A stretch of DNA of 64,000 bases, taken from positions 9,026,727-9,090,726 of the forward strand of contig MU057344.1 of assembly GCA_013239625.1 (NCBI GenBank), given 5' to 3'. The notes beneath the pieces are model-generated. The model did not search any database, was not told where the DNA came from, and saw nothing but the letters and a program-made list of their open reading frames with translations. Each line of letters starts with the position of its first letter. The stretch's first letter is position 1. The stretch comes from Lama guanicoe. Lineage: Eukaryota. Of the stretch, positions 1-10,561 are shown piece after piece. A program made the translations under genes and the position numbers.

Positions 1-519
1 AATTTGTATATCTGCCTAATGTACTTTATCTGAAAAATAACAACAAGGTGGAATGGGAGGGAAATAGACATATTCAAGAATGTTTAGTCAGGCGTAGAAA
101 TCCAAAAAAGAAGCTAAGACATAAGCCTGGGTTAGAGAAATCCAAGGATTTTACAATTTTCATGACTTACCATTGGAAAACTGGAGGCACTTAATTATTA
201 AACACTTCTTTTCAGTTTGATAAAATTGTTAAGTTTCAGTGATAGGTGTGGAGAGATTCTTCTCTGCCTATACACTGATAGAATCAATACGTCATGTTCT
301 CACATTTGATAAAACTCAAACCTTGCGATATCTGTGTTAGACAACGGGGTATGTAAGTCAGTGCTGTTGAAGTCAACGCGGAATGTGAAAGTTGTGAAAT
401 ATGAAAGCACTCCCACGGGGGTTTGCAGCCTTGTAGGAACCTTAAGGAAGTTACTCCAGTAACAACTTTTTAGAGTCTATAGTTGCTCTAGAATATATTA
501 TTATTGCAGCTATGATTAC

Positions 520-705
520 TGCAGTTCAGAGATTCTGCACTGGGAGGGTATCTGGGAATGTGTGTAGTGTTTTCGATTGTCAAAATCATCAGAGAGAATA
601 GCTGGCTTTGATTACACAAGGCGGCGCTAAGTGGCCTTAAGGGAAGGGACAGTCCTGCATGAGAGTTGTCCAGCTCAAAATGCAGTGGTTTTCTGTTGAG
701 AGGGA
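520..705. mobile_element. Degenerate hAT-Charlie DNA transposon, MER20/MER20B-like
   Basis: Motifs such as ttttcgattgtcaaaat and gttgtccagctcaaaatgcagtgg...gttgaga resemble the MER20 family. Boundaries approximate. Confidence 0.45.
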
Positions 706-1329
706 TGGCCAAAATCTCAGTCTTTTTTGTAGCATCCCTTGTTTTCAATATAGTTTAATAAATCTAATTTAAAAATATAATTTGAGAAGTCAGTGTCAGA
801 TTTGCAGTGTTTTTGATATTGTAAAAATATTTCAGAGATATAACTTGACAATGTGAGTAAAGAGGGACAGAGAAAAAAATAAGGGTCTGATTTTTAGCAA
901 TTAGGATTAGAAGTGATAGAGAGGAAGGTCCAAGCTTGTAGGCGCCTAGTGAACTCTTAAAAAAAATAGTGCTAAGATACATCTGTTCTCTGGAAAGAAA
1001 TGACGTGTGCATGGGTGAACAAAGGAGGAACAGACAGTGTAGAAAGTCACAGATTATTAGTCTTGTAACAATCTGAATTGTATTTGTAAGTTTTTTATTA
1101 AGAAGAAGTTGAGATTCCTTGAGATAAATGAAAGAATAAAATGTCTTAAGTACTTTGATATTTTATGCATCTGTAGATATCATAGTATCCCGGTTGTGTG
1201 ATTTGTTCCTGTGAGCTAACACCTAAAAAGGGAGGAAAAGGAAGGGAAATGTGTTAAAGAGGGAAAAACAAGTGAAGAGCAGATGGAAAGAACAAGGCAG
1301 CATCTCAGAAAATGGCAGCTCCATGCTTC

Positions 1330-2120
1330 ATGTCCTTAGGATAAAAACCCTGGTGTCATCCATGACTTCCTCTCTTTATTTTTTTCATACATAGCATTGA
1401 ATCTGGTAGCAAACCTGAGGGCTCTGTTTTAAAAATCGATCCAGAATCCAGTGTCTTCTCTCATCTCTTCTACTACCTGGGCCAAGCCATCATCATCTCT
1501 TGCCTCCAGGGGGATGTTAGCCTCCGAAGAGGCTGCTCAGCCCCACCTTTCTCCCTTACAGTCTCCTTAACAAGGCACACGAGGTCACTTCTGCCACCTT
1601 GAACCTCCCAAGTGGCTTTCCATCTCTGGATGGAAAAGCTAGAGCCACTGGGGTGAAACAGTGCTTACTTTGCAAAGCTTGTGCTTGAATCTGCCTCGCC
1701 TGTTCCCGGACCCCGCCCCCCACCCTGTGCCTTTCTGACATCTGCCTGCACTTTCCCTCATCTGCTGCGCGCAGGTCTTGCTGCCTTACAGTGCTGCCCC
1801 CCACCTCCCCGACTTTCCTGACTCTCAGCTCTTCTCCTTCCAGCTTTTAGCAGATGTCCCTTTCTCAGGGAGGCCTCCTCTGACCGTGCTGTCGGATTCA
1901 CAGGCGTTTGGCATAGAGGCAGATTGTAATCCCCGTCTCCCTCTCCTCCCTCTCCTTCTCCTGTTTTTCTCTAAAGCGCTTTCATTATCTGACATACTAC
2001 CCATTTTATGGACTTACTTGTTTATCATGGTCACCTCCCTTAGAGGGCAGGGATCGGTCTGCTCACTGCTCAGAAATAGTGCTTGGCTTATAGTAGGTGC
2101 TTGAAGGGAGGCAAGAATAA
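1330..2120 (+). mobile_element. LINE-2 3' fragment
   Basis: L2-type motifs (atccagaatcc, ccaagccatcatcatctcttgcct, tttctcagggaggcct) ending in gtgcttggcttatagtaggtgctt. Confidence 0.7.
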
Positions 2121-2134
2121 AAAGTTGGTGATTG

Positions 2135-2191
2135 TGGTGTACGCCAGAAATCGACACATGGTAACTGACTGTACTTCAATTTAAAAAAAAA
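2135..2191 (+). mobile_element. Extreme 3' end of a lineage-specific L1 with poly(A)
   Basis: tgtacgccagaaatcgacacatggtaactgactgtacttcaattt followed by A's resembles camelid/cetartiodactyl L1 3' termini. Confidence 0.65.
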
Positions 2192-4042
2192 GCAGTAGCA
2201 GAAATCAAAATCATGATTCCCTGGATGAGTTATTTTAACCTCCTTGAATCTGTGCTGTTAGTTGAAAAACTAACTTTGTGAAAATTCGCCGAGCTGATTT
2301 ATGTGAAGGAAGCTCAGTGCCTGCTAGTCTTAGAAGAGCTTCGTAAGTGATACCAGTGATTCTTATGAGAAGGAAAAGACAAACCAAAAGAAATGGTAAA
2401 GCATCTTTCCAAAGATCTTTCTCATTAAAGCATTTGCATTTTACTGCAGGTTTTTTGTTCTGTTACTCAGAGAGAACTCCCTGTGGCCAGCATTAGTACA
2501 TCCACCTCTAAAAGCTTGGTGAGGGCAGTGAGACCCCAGCCATTTCCTCCATTCCCGGGGGCCTGAGGTGTCACACAGGGTCCTCCCGGTGGAGGCTTGT
2601 GTGGTGGAGGAAGTCCGGCATGCACGCCTTAGGGTCCACTAACCTCACCACTGCTGGACACCTAAATACACATTTTTAACATTATAAACATTTCAAGTGT
2701 CATAGAAAATGATTGATTATATTCAATAAAGGGTGTATACTAAGGAAGGACATGTTAAATATATGTGAGAAAGATGCTCAGTATTAAAATTTAAAGGATT
2801 GGACTTCATGGGTTAACCGCCAGATTCTGAAATCGTATTCACTGAGTATTGTATGTATTACATTGGTGTGGCTAGTACCAAGCTCTCTAGCAAGTTGCAC
2901 GGTATTGAATACATTCCCTGTGCCAGTTATGAGTAGAAACAAGTTCAGGTGGCCAGACCCTCACTAAAACATGGTGCCTTTGTTGATTAAAGGCGATCAG
3001 GTGAGTGTGGTTAAAGAGCTCAAGGGAGAAAACTCAACACAAGCCTCATTAATGAAATGGAGTGAAATGTCAAAGCGCTGTTCTTTATGATAGTGGGCAG
3101 GCAGTATATTCTGGGATGGAGAATGTTCTTATACGTTCCTTGGTTTATTAGCCGTTAGAACATGAAGTTATAACGTGAGCCGACTCTTGTGGGTCTAGGA
3201 AGGAAACATAAATAAAAGTTCATGAAGAAACAGAATTATGCTTAATGGTGTGTGAATGTATACATGCTGAAAATGCTAGGAATATTACAGTGGAAGTGAT
3301 ACTCTCATGATTTTCTTGTATTATGAATGATGTCAAATGACTCCTAAGACATTGCAGAAAAGACCATCTTCATATAGATTGTTGTTTAGAAACAAATATT
3401 TCATTTGCATTTACAGGAAATGATTTTGTCTTCTCGTTATGATACTATGAATATACTTAGGAAAAATTGTAAAGGAATAATTGTAGTTCTTTTCAAACAG
3501 ATTTTATTAAGATACTTGCATTTTACTGCAAGGTTTTTGTTCTGTTCCTCAAAGAACTCTCCATGGATGTTAGTAAATGCAAAATGTTAGTAAATCTACC
3601 TTTCTACTTCAAGAACTTGAAAAAAATGAAATAATGTAAAGGGGCCTGATTGTGTTTGTATCCAGCACAGTATTGATATACATAAAAGAACATTTACATT
3701 GTGTAAGTTACTCAGCACTGCTTTGTGTTTCTGACTATTAACAAAGCTAAATTATTTCTTTGTAGGCATGATTCAATTCCAAAGCAAAAATTTGATGTCA
3801 TTCTGATGAGTCTGCTTTCAATTGCAGAGTACAGTGAAGCCCCAGTAAAGAATAGTAAGAAGTCTATTTTATTGTAGATAATAAATCTGCAAAGTAAGTT
3901 CTCAGCATAGACTGAAGTTGATCTGGCACGGAGTTGCTTTATGAATAGCCCTTTGAGCAAACTCTACCGTTCTTTATGTGGTTTTAAATCACTGTAAATT
4001 TGTAGGCAGGTACATATCACAATTGTCTGTTTTTCTTTTTAG

Positions 4043-4116
4043 GGCTCATGTAATCAAAGAAGTTTCTTTGTTGTGTGTATCTTTTCAGAACACAACAGGA
4101 ATTGAAAATGAATCAG
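4043..4116 (+). CDS. PRDM2: PRDM2 exon 2: 65 nt of 5'UTR plus the first three codons (ATG 4108-4110, M-N-Q)
   Basis: Acceptor tttcttttAG at 4041-4042, donor CAG|GTGAGT at 4117. The 74-nt exon encodes MNQ, the PRDM2/RIZ1 N-terminus, and joins exon 3 in phase 0. Confidence 0.93.
4048..4053 (+). promoter_or_regulatory. Minimal start-stop uORF (ATGTAA) in the PRDM2 5'UTR
   Basis: ggctcATGTAAtc lies within exon 2, 60 nt upstream of the main ATG. Confidence 0.6.
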
Positions 4117-6939
4117 GTGAGTTTAAAAATAAGAATTTATACAAATACAATACCTAGATGTTAGACCAGTTCTTGATTTTTAAGATAGTAACACACACAT
4201 TCATTCGTCCCAGATTTTCCTTCCTGTTTCTTAATACCATTCATTAGTTCATCACTTTCATAGTGTCCGTTTGTTCATGGAATGGAGTGTGCATTGTTTT
4301 GGCATGAATTGGCATTTCTGTGGAACCCTGAATAGAGGACTCATTCTTAGGGACCTTAGTTCAGACTTTCTTTTTTTTTACCTTCCCTTGTTGCACTCTA
4401 GAGTTAATTTTGTTTGTTTGTTTTGAAGCTTATTAAGCCTTCATTTTTAGTACTTTTTATTTTGTAATAACTCATTTGTTGCAAAGGGAAAAATCGGAAC
4501 TTATTTTTGGAGACTGAAAATGATCAAATGGGAAACTTTAAGCATTCTGTCCTTGAAAAACTCGTTCTTAGAATAAAAACAAGAGGGCAGATACTGAAAT
4601 GTAAGATGTGTTTCTTCTTACAGGAGGGTGTGGGGTTACCTGGAGATTAGACAATTCTGCTATGAATATTTCTGCGGCCTCAAGGGTGTAGAACCAGTTA
4701 TGTGGATTTGATATTCTAAAGTAGGATTCTTATTTTTTGGTCTTAATATCATTTCACTCACATTTATGGATATATATAGAGATATCAAAAACCTCTTTTG
4801 AAATCTTTATAAAAACATTTTTTAAAAATATGAAGGACAAAACTTAAAAATGTGAAGTCTGTAATTTTTATTGCTTTGCATAAAACTGTCACACTTGAAA
4901 ACATTTTGTACCCTCATCAACTGAAGCTTTGGACATCTTTTTATCATTTACAGGTGCCTCTAACTGGAAATCACAAGTCCCCTTTCATTAGGTGACCAAG
5001 TTTAATAAACTCATTCCTGTGTTGCATTGAGAGATGTGAAATTTTTGGAATGGATTCTTTTGATTTCTTTTCATTACTTTCTTTATCAAAAATACGTTTA
5101 TTTTAAGGCCGAGGACCATACATCATAAAAAATCAATCTGGCAAACGTATGGGGCACATGGTTTCTATTATTTTAAAACTTGCAGATTTACTGACATGCT
5201 TTTGAAGGCAAATTATTTTTGAAATGCTAAGATGGGGGAGGGAAAAGAGAACAGTGGATTTTCACAGTCATTGTCCATCAAAGTTGTATGCATAGATGTT
5301 GTAGATTTCATTTATTCTCCCATTTTAAGCTTGATTCTTAATGCTGGTCTCCCCATGGAACTTGCTTTTCTGTTGCCTTGAAACTGTTGGAGGAGTCTCG
5401 ATTCTGGATTAGAATAATGGGGAATGCTTCCAAAGTGGAATCTAAATATTGACTTTGCTTAGGTTGCATCATTCTTCAACAGTCATTTATTTCAGGTGGC
5501 TAATCGTATTAAGCTAGTAATATTTTATTTCAAACGTATTTAGATCTATTTGACACATCACACTGTCGCTTTAATATTCCATTTATATCAAAAGAACTTG
5601 TGTTTAAAGAAAGTCCACATGCCACTCAAAAGAGTTGTAGCAATAACCGTTTATTTTTTTGGCTCTTTTACAATTCGTTTTGACAAGTTTTAACATCAGG
5701 TCTGCAGAGGACTGCCTTTGATGCCAAATGCCGAGTATCGATGGAAAAGTGTATCTTACGTGTCTAATGGTTAGCACATTTCTGATTTGGGTGTAATTTA
5801 AGTGTTCTGGTAGTAATGGAACTTTTATTTGGATTATAAAAATTGTCCACTCTTTATAAGTAAAATTTTCAGCCTCTTCAGTTACAGTTTTATTATTTGA
5901 GAAGTATTAGTCCCATGATACTGAAACCAGATTATTATGTCATGACATACAATCAGTGAGTGTTTTTCAACAATTGTCTCAGTGATTTTTTAGAACTAAG
6001 AATTGTTTCGGGACATTTTATGTTTTTCTGTCTTGTATTTATTTTTACTTCCAGCCAGTGAAATTGTATAGTAAGTGCTTGAAAAGCTTCAAAACAACTA
6101 TTCAAAAATTCATATATTAGAAAAGCTTTAACTGGAACCAGACTGATTTTTAATTAAAAATCTTGATGATGAGTTTAGGGTTAGATTTTTCTCTCCAGGG
6201 ACTGACCAGCATTGTTTTGATGAATTTTAGCTGTCAGATCTGTTGTTTGTAATTAGTGTAGTCTAAGAAAATAGCACAGAGTCATTCATTCATACATACC
6301 CAACAGTTGAGTTTTAGGGACTGAAGGATCCTAGGAGTGAGTAATAGTGTATTGTTTACAAGTGAGTCCTTCAGAAACAACAGCAGAGTCCCAAGCCTCC
6401 TGGCATTTTAAGCACTGATTATTGAAGCAGCGTTTTCAGCTGCTCAGGCTTATCAGTATGTTCCAAGTCCTTCCTGGTGTAGCTTGCCAGACTCTCCCTC
6501 TGTGCTCAGCTCTGGGCTCCATGAAGCTCCAGACCCACATGCTGTTTGTCCTTCTTTCTCTTCCAGTCTCTTCTCAACATTTGCCCCTTACTGTCTCTTA
6601 TCTTCCCAATGTGAAACCCAGCGTTCGCAGCCACTGTACCTCCTCCCCTCACTCTGCGTTTTCTTTTCTCTCCATTTTCAAATCACAGATACATCCTTTG
6701 CTTGCTTCATTATTATTCCACACTCATCTCAATTAACTTTTGAGATGTTCCACTATTTTTCTTATCTTTTCCTAGATTTATCTAAGAGAATCCAGAGATT
6801 GGCTGTCTCATTGGATAAAAAATTTAGAATGCTTTGCTTTACAGAGCATCCAAGGTGAACGAAGTTCCGTAAGGCAGATATCCTCATAGGAGTTTAAGTA
6901 GATATGCTGAGGTTTGCTTGCTGTCTAGGCAGTTCTTAA

Positions 6940-7135
6940 TCAACGTGCCGGGCACTGCAATGTGTATTACATACACGTTCTCATTAATTCAGTCTTTGCA
7001 ACCCTTCTGTGAAGAGTAGGTGTTAGAACTGTTTTATGGCTGAAGACATGAAGGTCCAGAGGCCCATGGTCACTTACGCAGTAAGTGATTGTGCTCTGAT
7101 TCACACCCAGGCCGTCAGATTCCAAAGCCAGGCTC
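6940..7135. mobile_element. MIR SINE
   Basis: gtgccgggcactg...ctcattaattc...ttttatggctgaagacatgaagg...gattcacacccaggccgtcagattccaaagcc, the MIR core pattern. Confidence 0.6.
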
Positions 7136-7149
7136 TTGTTCAGCTTGCT

Positions 7150-7440
7150 GTATCAGTCAGGATAAGCTGTGTTTTGCTGCACACACGAAAAGGCACTCCA
7201 AAAGCTCAGGGTGTTACAGGGCAGCCATTATTTCTGGATGCACATTCAGTACGGATCTGCTCTGGTAGTTGTTTAAGAACCAAGGATGGTGGAGACTTTG
7301 TCTCAATACACATTAATTCTATGTATATTTAATTGGCCAAAGTTAGTCATGTGGCTGCATCTAACTTAAAACTCAGGTGAGGAGAGCAGTGCAAACCCAT
7401 CCAGTGCTTGGGAGGAGAGAACTGTCATCTTTGGGTACAG
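7150..7440. mobile_element. MLT1-type (MaLR) solo LTR fragment
   Basis: Begins tgtatcagtcaggataagctgtgttttgctgc and includes attggccaaagttagtcatgtggctgcatctaact. Confidence 0.55.
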
Positions 7441-7839
7441 CCTGCTTTTTTCCTGCTTTACTGAGATATAATTGACATAGAACAGTATGTAATTTTAAGC
7501 CCTAATGATTTAATACAGCTGTCTTGATTACTAATTTTTTGAGTCACTTTTTTTTAAAGAATCTCCATAGAGCTCAAATTGCTATTAATATATGAAACTA
7601 TGAAACTTTCTATCAATACAGTAGTGTTATGATTGCAGTGTCTGCATACCGATCAGTCGTCTCTGATTTGCCAGTAACATGTAGCAAAGAAATTCTGCAA
7701 GTTAGCCTTTCAAACTAGCTTTAAGTTTTATGTAATAAAATAACAGAAGACGCTTTTAATCACAGATCCTGCAAAACCAACCTGAGAATGGTGGTCAGCC
7801 ATTCAGAGGTGCATTGTTTTAGCTGTTCTGAGTGTTCTC

Positions 7840-8440
7840 TCATTCCCTCGTTCATCCTGCATAGACTGCATCCCTGCGTGTTGTGGATTCTGCCTGCAGT
7901 GACCCAAACACGCAAGGGCTCTGCTTTGCAACTTACTTACTCATAGAGGGAGACAGTGAAAAAGCAGGACGGCAAACAAGATAATTCCAGACAGTGAAAA
8001 GTGCTGTGAAGACAGCGAACTAAGGTAATGTGCTGAAGATGGCGGGTGAAGGTGCGGGGACGTGCTCTGGATTCCAGGGCCAGAGAAGGCTGTTCTGAAG
8101 AAGTGATAATAATAGAACAGAGACTCAAGCAATAACCAAGAACCAGATATATGAAGATCCAGGGAAAGAGAATTCTAGGCAGAGTGAGCAGTGAGTGCTG
8201 AGGCTCTGAGGTGAGAATGAGCTGCAGGTCCAAGGAACAGAGAGCAGGCCAGAGGCTGGAGCCTGGCAAGCATCGGGGACTCCAGGACAAGATGGAGTTG
8301 GTGTGAGAGGCGGGGGCCAGGTTTCTAGGGCCTTAAGGACCATGAGAAGAAGCTTCTCTTTTTATACGAGTGCAGTGAAAAGCCACCGGAGAGAGACATA
8401 CTCTGGTTTCCATTTGTAGAGTAGCACCCCCACGGTGCTG
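7840..8440 (-). mobile_element. LINE-2 fragment
   Basis: Reverse-strand L2 motifs (agagggagacag, aagtgctgtgaag, ggccagagaaggctgttctgaagaagtga, gaggctctgaggtgagaatgagc). Confidence 0.6.
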
Positions 8441-9458
8441 CACAGGCTGTGTTTGTTAGGAGGCAAGGTGTAGTCATATGTTTGTTCACCATTGAGATTA
8501 ACACCGTATCTGAGGACTGTTTCTTCAGTTGGGCGACTTAATGGACCTGCCAGGTTTTGAAGGAGGGGACTTTTTTAATGTGTCTCAGATCTGTTTGATT
8601 GCTGTCCTTTTCCAAAGACGGTGTATAACGTTTTCTTGTCCTGTGTCCCCGTCTTACTGTTATTGCAGTCATACTCTCCGTTTTGCCCCACTGCTTGCCG
8701 CCAGAATGGTGACTAGGAGTATTGTTTGCAAGTCGAAACAAAGAGGAGTTGTACATGGAATTTCAGTGTCTTAATACTCTTTGATTCTTGGGTGTCTTTT
8801 GCTGGTGACAACAGTTACTATGGTTGTTATTAGTAGTCTGTTGTAGCAGTTCTGTGTGGCATAGTGTGACTATACTCTGATGTGCCTAATATTAAGGGGT
8901 GTTGACTCTGATCTCTCCTGTCACCTACTGTTATTGCTCTCCAGTGTTGGGTTGATCAAGTCGATACTTAAGAAATGAGGTACTTTAATTAAATAGGCTA
9001 AAACAGATAAAGTAATTTACGGTCAGTCTCTGGGTGAAGTGTATAAAAGGAGTTACTGATACAAACTTAAATGAAATACCAGTAAAGCTTGCTTATTCTT
9101 ATATTTTTAAAAATAAAGTCCTGAGTGCGCGTTGCCTCCGTGAGATGGCACTGGCGGCCTGTGCAACAGCAGCCAGTGCCAGTGCTCTGCTGTGTCGGAA
9201 GTCACCTTCCTAACCCCAGTGACTGTTCATCTGAGAGTGTGAGGAGAGCGGAGTGGGAGGAGGAGTGGGAGCAGCCTGGCTCCGAGGCCACCGTGCCTGG
9301 AGCAGAGCAGACCAGGTCAGAGAGGGGTCGAGTCAGACCTGTGGTCACTGTAGGGACTAGAGTAGACTTTGCTCGCGGAGGTGGGACACCTTTGGAGGTT
9401 TTTGAGCAGAATGCTTAACTTGGGTTGAAGAAAAATCTTGATCTAAAAAAATTGTTTT

Positions 9459-9532
9459 ATCAAGAGGTCCCCGGTTCACATCCGGGTGCCCCCTCCAAAA
9501 AAAATAAAATAAAATAAAATAAAAAATAAAAT
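9459..9532 (+). pseudogene. Retrocopy of the 3' half of mature tRNA-Cys(GCA), positions 38-76 including CCA, with an A-rich tail
   Basis: ATCAAGAGGTCCCCGGTTCAcATCCGGGTGCCCCCT-CCA (9459-9497) matches the recalled mammalian tRNA-Cys-GCA 3' half except at one base. Tail of A's and (TAAAA)n. TSD AATTGTTTT at 9450-9458 and 9533-9541. Confidence 0.88.
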
Positions 9533-9654
9533 AATTGTTTTTCTCTTATGGCATTGGTATTTTTGTTCTTTTTTCCCTTTGGGACACGAAAGTTTCATTT
9601 TAATAAGATATAAAGAGGAGAGTGTAGGATTCATTTACTTATTTTACTTGAAAA

Positions 9655-9982
9655 ATCAACTTTGAGTTATTTGTAGTAAATATACTCATTTGAAGTGCTG
9701 AGTTTTGGCAGATATCTGTACTCATGTACCTACCACTACTGTCAAGGTGCAGGGCACTGCCATCCGCCCAAAAAGTTCCTTCTTGCTGCTCTGTAGTTAG
9801 TCCTCCCCCTCCCACTCCCACCGCAGGCAACCACCCAGCCGCTTTCTGTTTTTGTGGTTTGGGTTTTCCCGTTCTAGGATTCCATGTATAGTATGTGCTC
9901 TTTTGTGTTTGTCTCCTTTTGGTCAGAAGATTGTTTTTGAGATCCTCCATTTGTTGTGCATATTAGTGCTTTATTCCTCTTA
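9655..9982 (-). mobile_element. Old L1 (L1MB-like) 3' UTR fragment
   Basis: ggcaaccac, gttctaggattccatgta, tttttgagatcctccatttgttgtgcatattagt are typical L1MB 3' UTR motifs. Confidence 0.65.
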
Positions 9983-10517
9983 CAGGAAATATTTTATCAG
10001 AGACCATCTGACCATCTAAATAAATCTGTTCGTAATCATATTTCTAAAGATTTGGTGAAACTGTGGGACGGCTACTGTCTTTCATTTTAGGTGTTGTCCC
10101 TGCTTTTTTTCTAATCCTAAAAATATATGGTGTAGAAAAATCAAAATCACTTTTGCTGTTGTAGTATAATTAATATAGAATTGTATTCTTTATAGGTAAT
10201 TATAAACACAAATTTTATATTAAAGACTTTTTTAAAAAAGACTTCCAAGTTAGGTGATTCCAATCTGTTGTTATAACTTAGACCTCAATTATTGAATGTA
10301 CAGTTTAAAAAACTAATGCATCGAATAATGAAGGCACTTAAATCTCATTTTGAATCATGTATTCTACTAGGTAGATTAGCAGTTTTTATAAAATTGGGAC
10401 ATTGTCTTTCTGAATGAAAATACTAGATTATTTCTGAAATTTGAAAAAAGAAATTAGCGACTTGAATAGCCTTTCCTTACATAACTGTGGGAAGGAACTG
10501 TGGCAAGAAGGCTTACC

Positions 10518-10561
10518 TTTTTTTTTTTTCTATTTTTTTTTATTGAGTAATAGTTATTTTA
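10518..10561 (-). mobile_element. Ultra-short, 5'-truncated young L1 3' terminus with poly(A) and a perfect TSD
   Basis: CAAGAAGGCTTACC (plus T's) is repeated at 10504-10517 and 10562-10575. The minus strand reads taaaataactattactcAATAAA followed by an A-tail. Confidence 0.75.

Noticed and set aside
9459-9497. Functional tRNA gene, or an ordinary tRNA-derived SINE
   Set aside because: It lacks the 5' half, A box and anticodon. It matches tRNA-Cys through the discriminator base and CCA, with no SINE-specific body.
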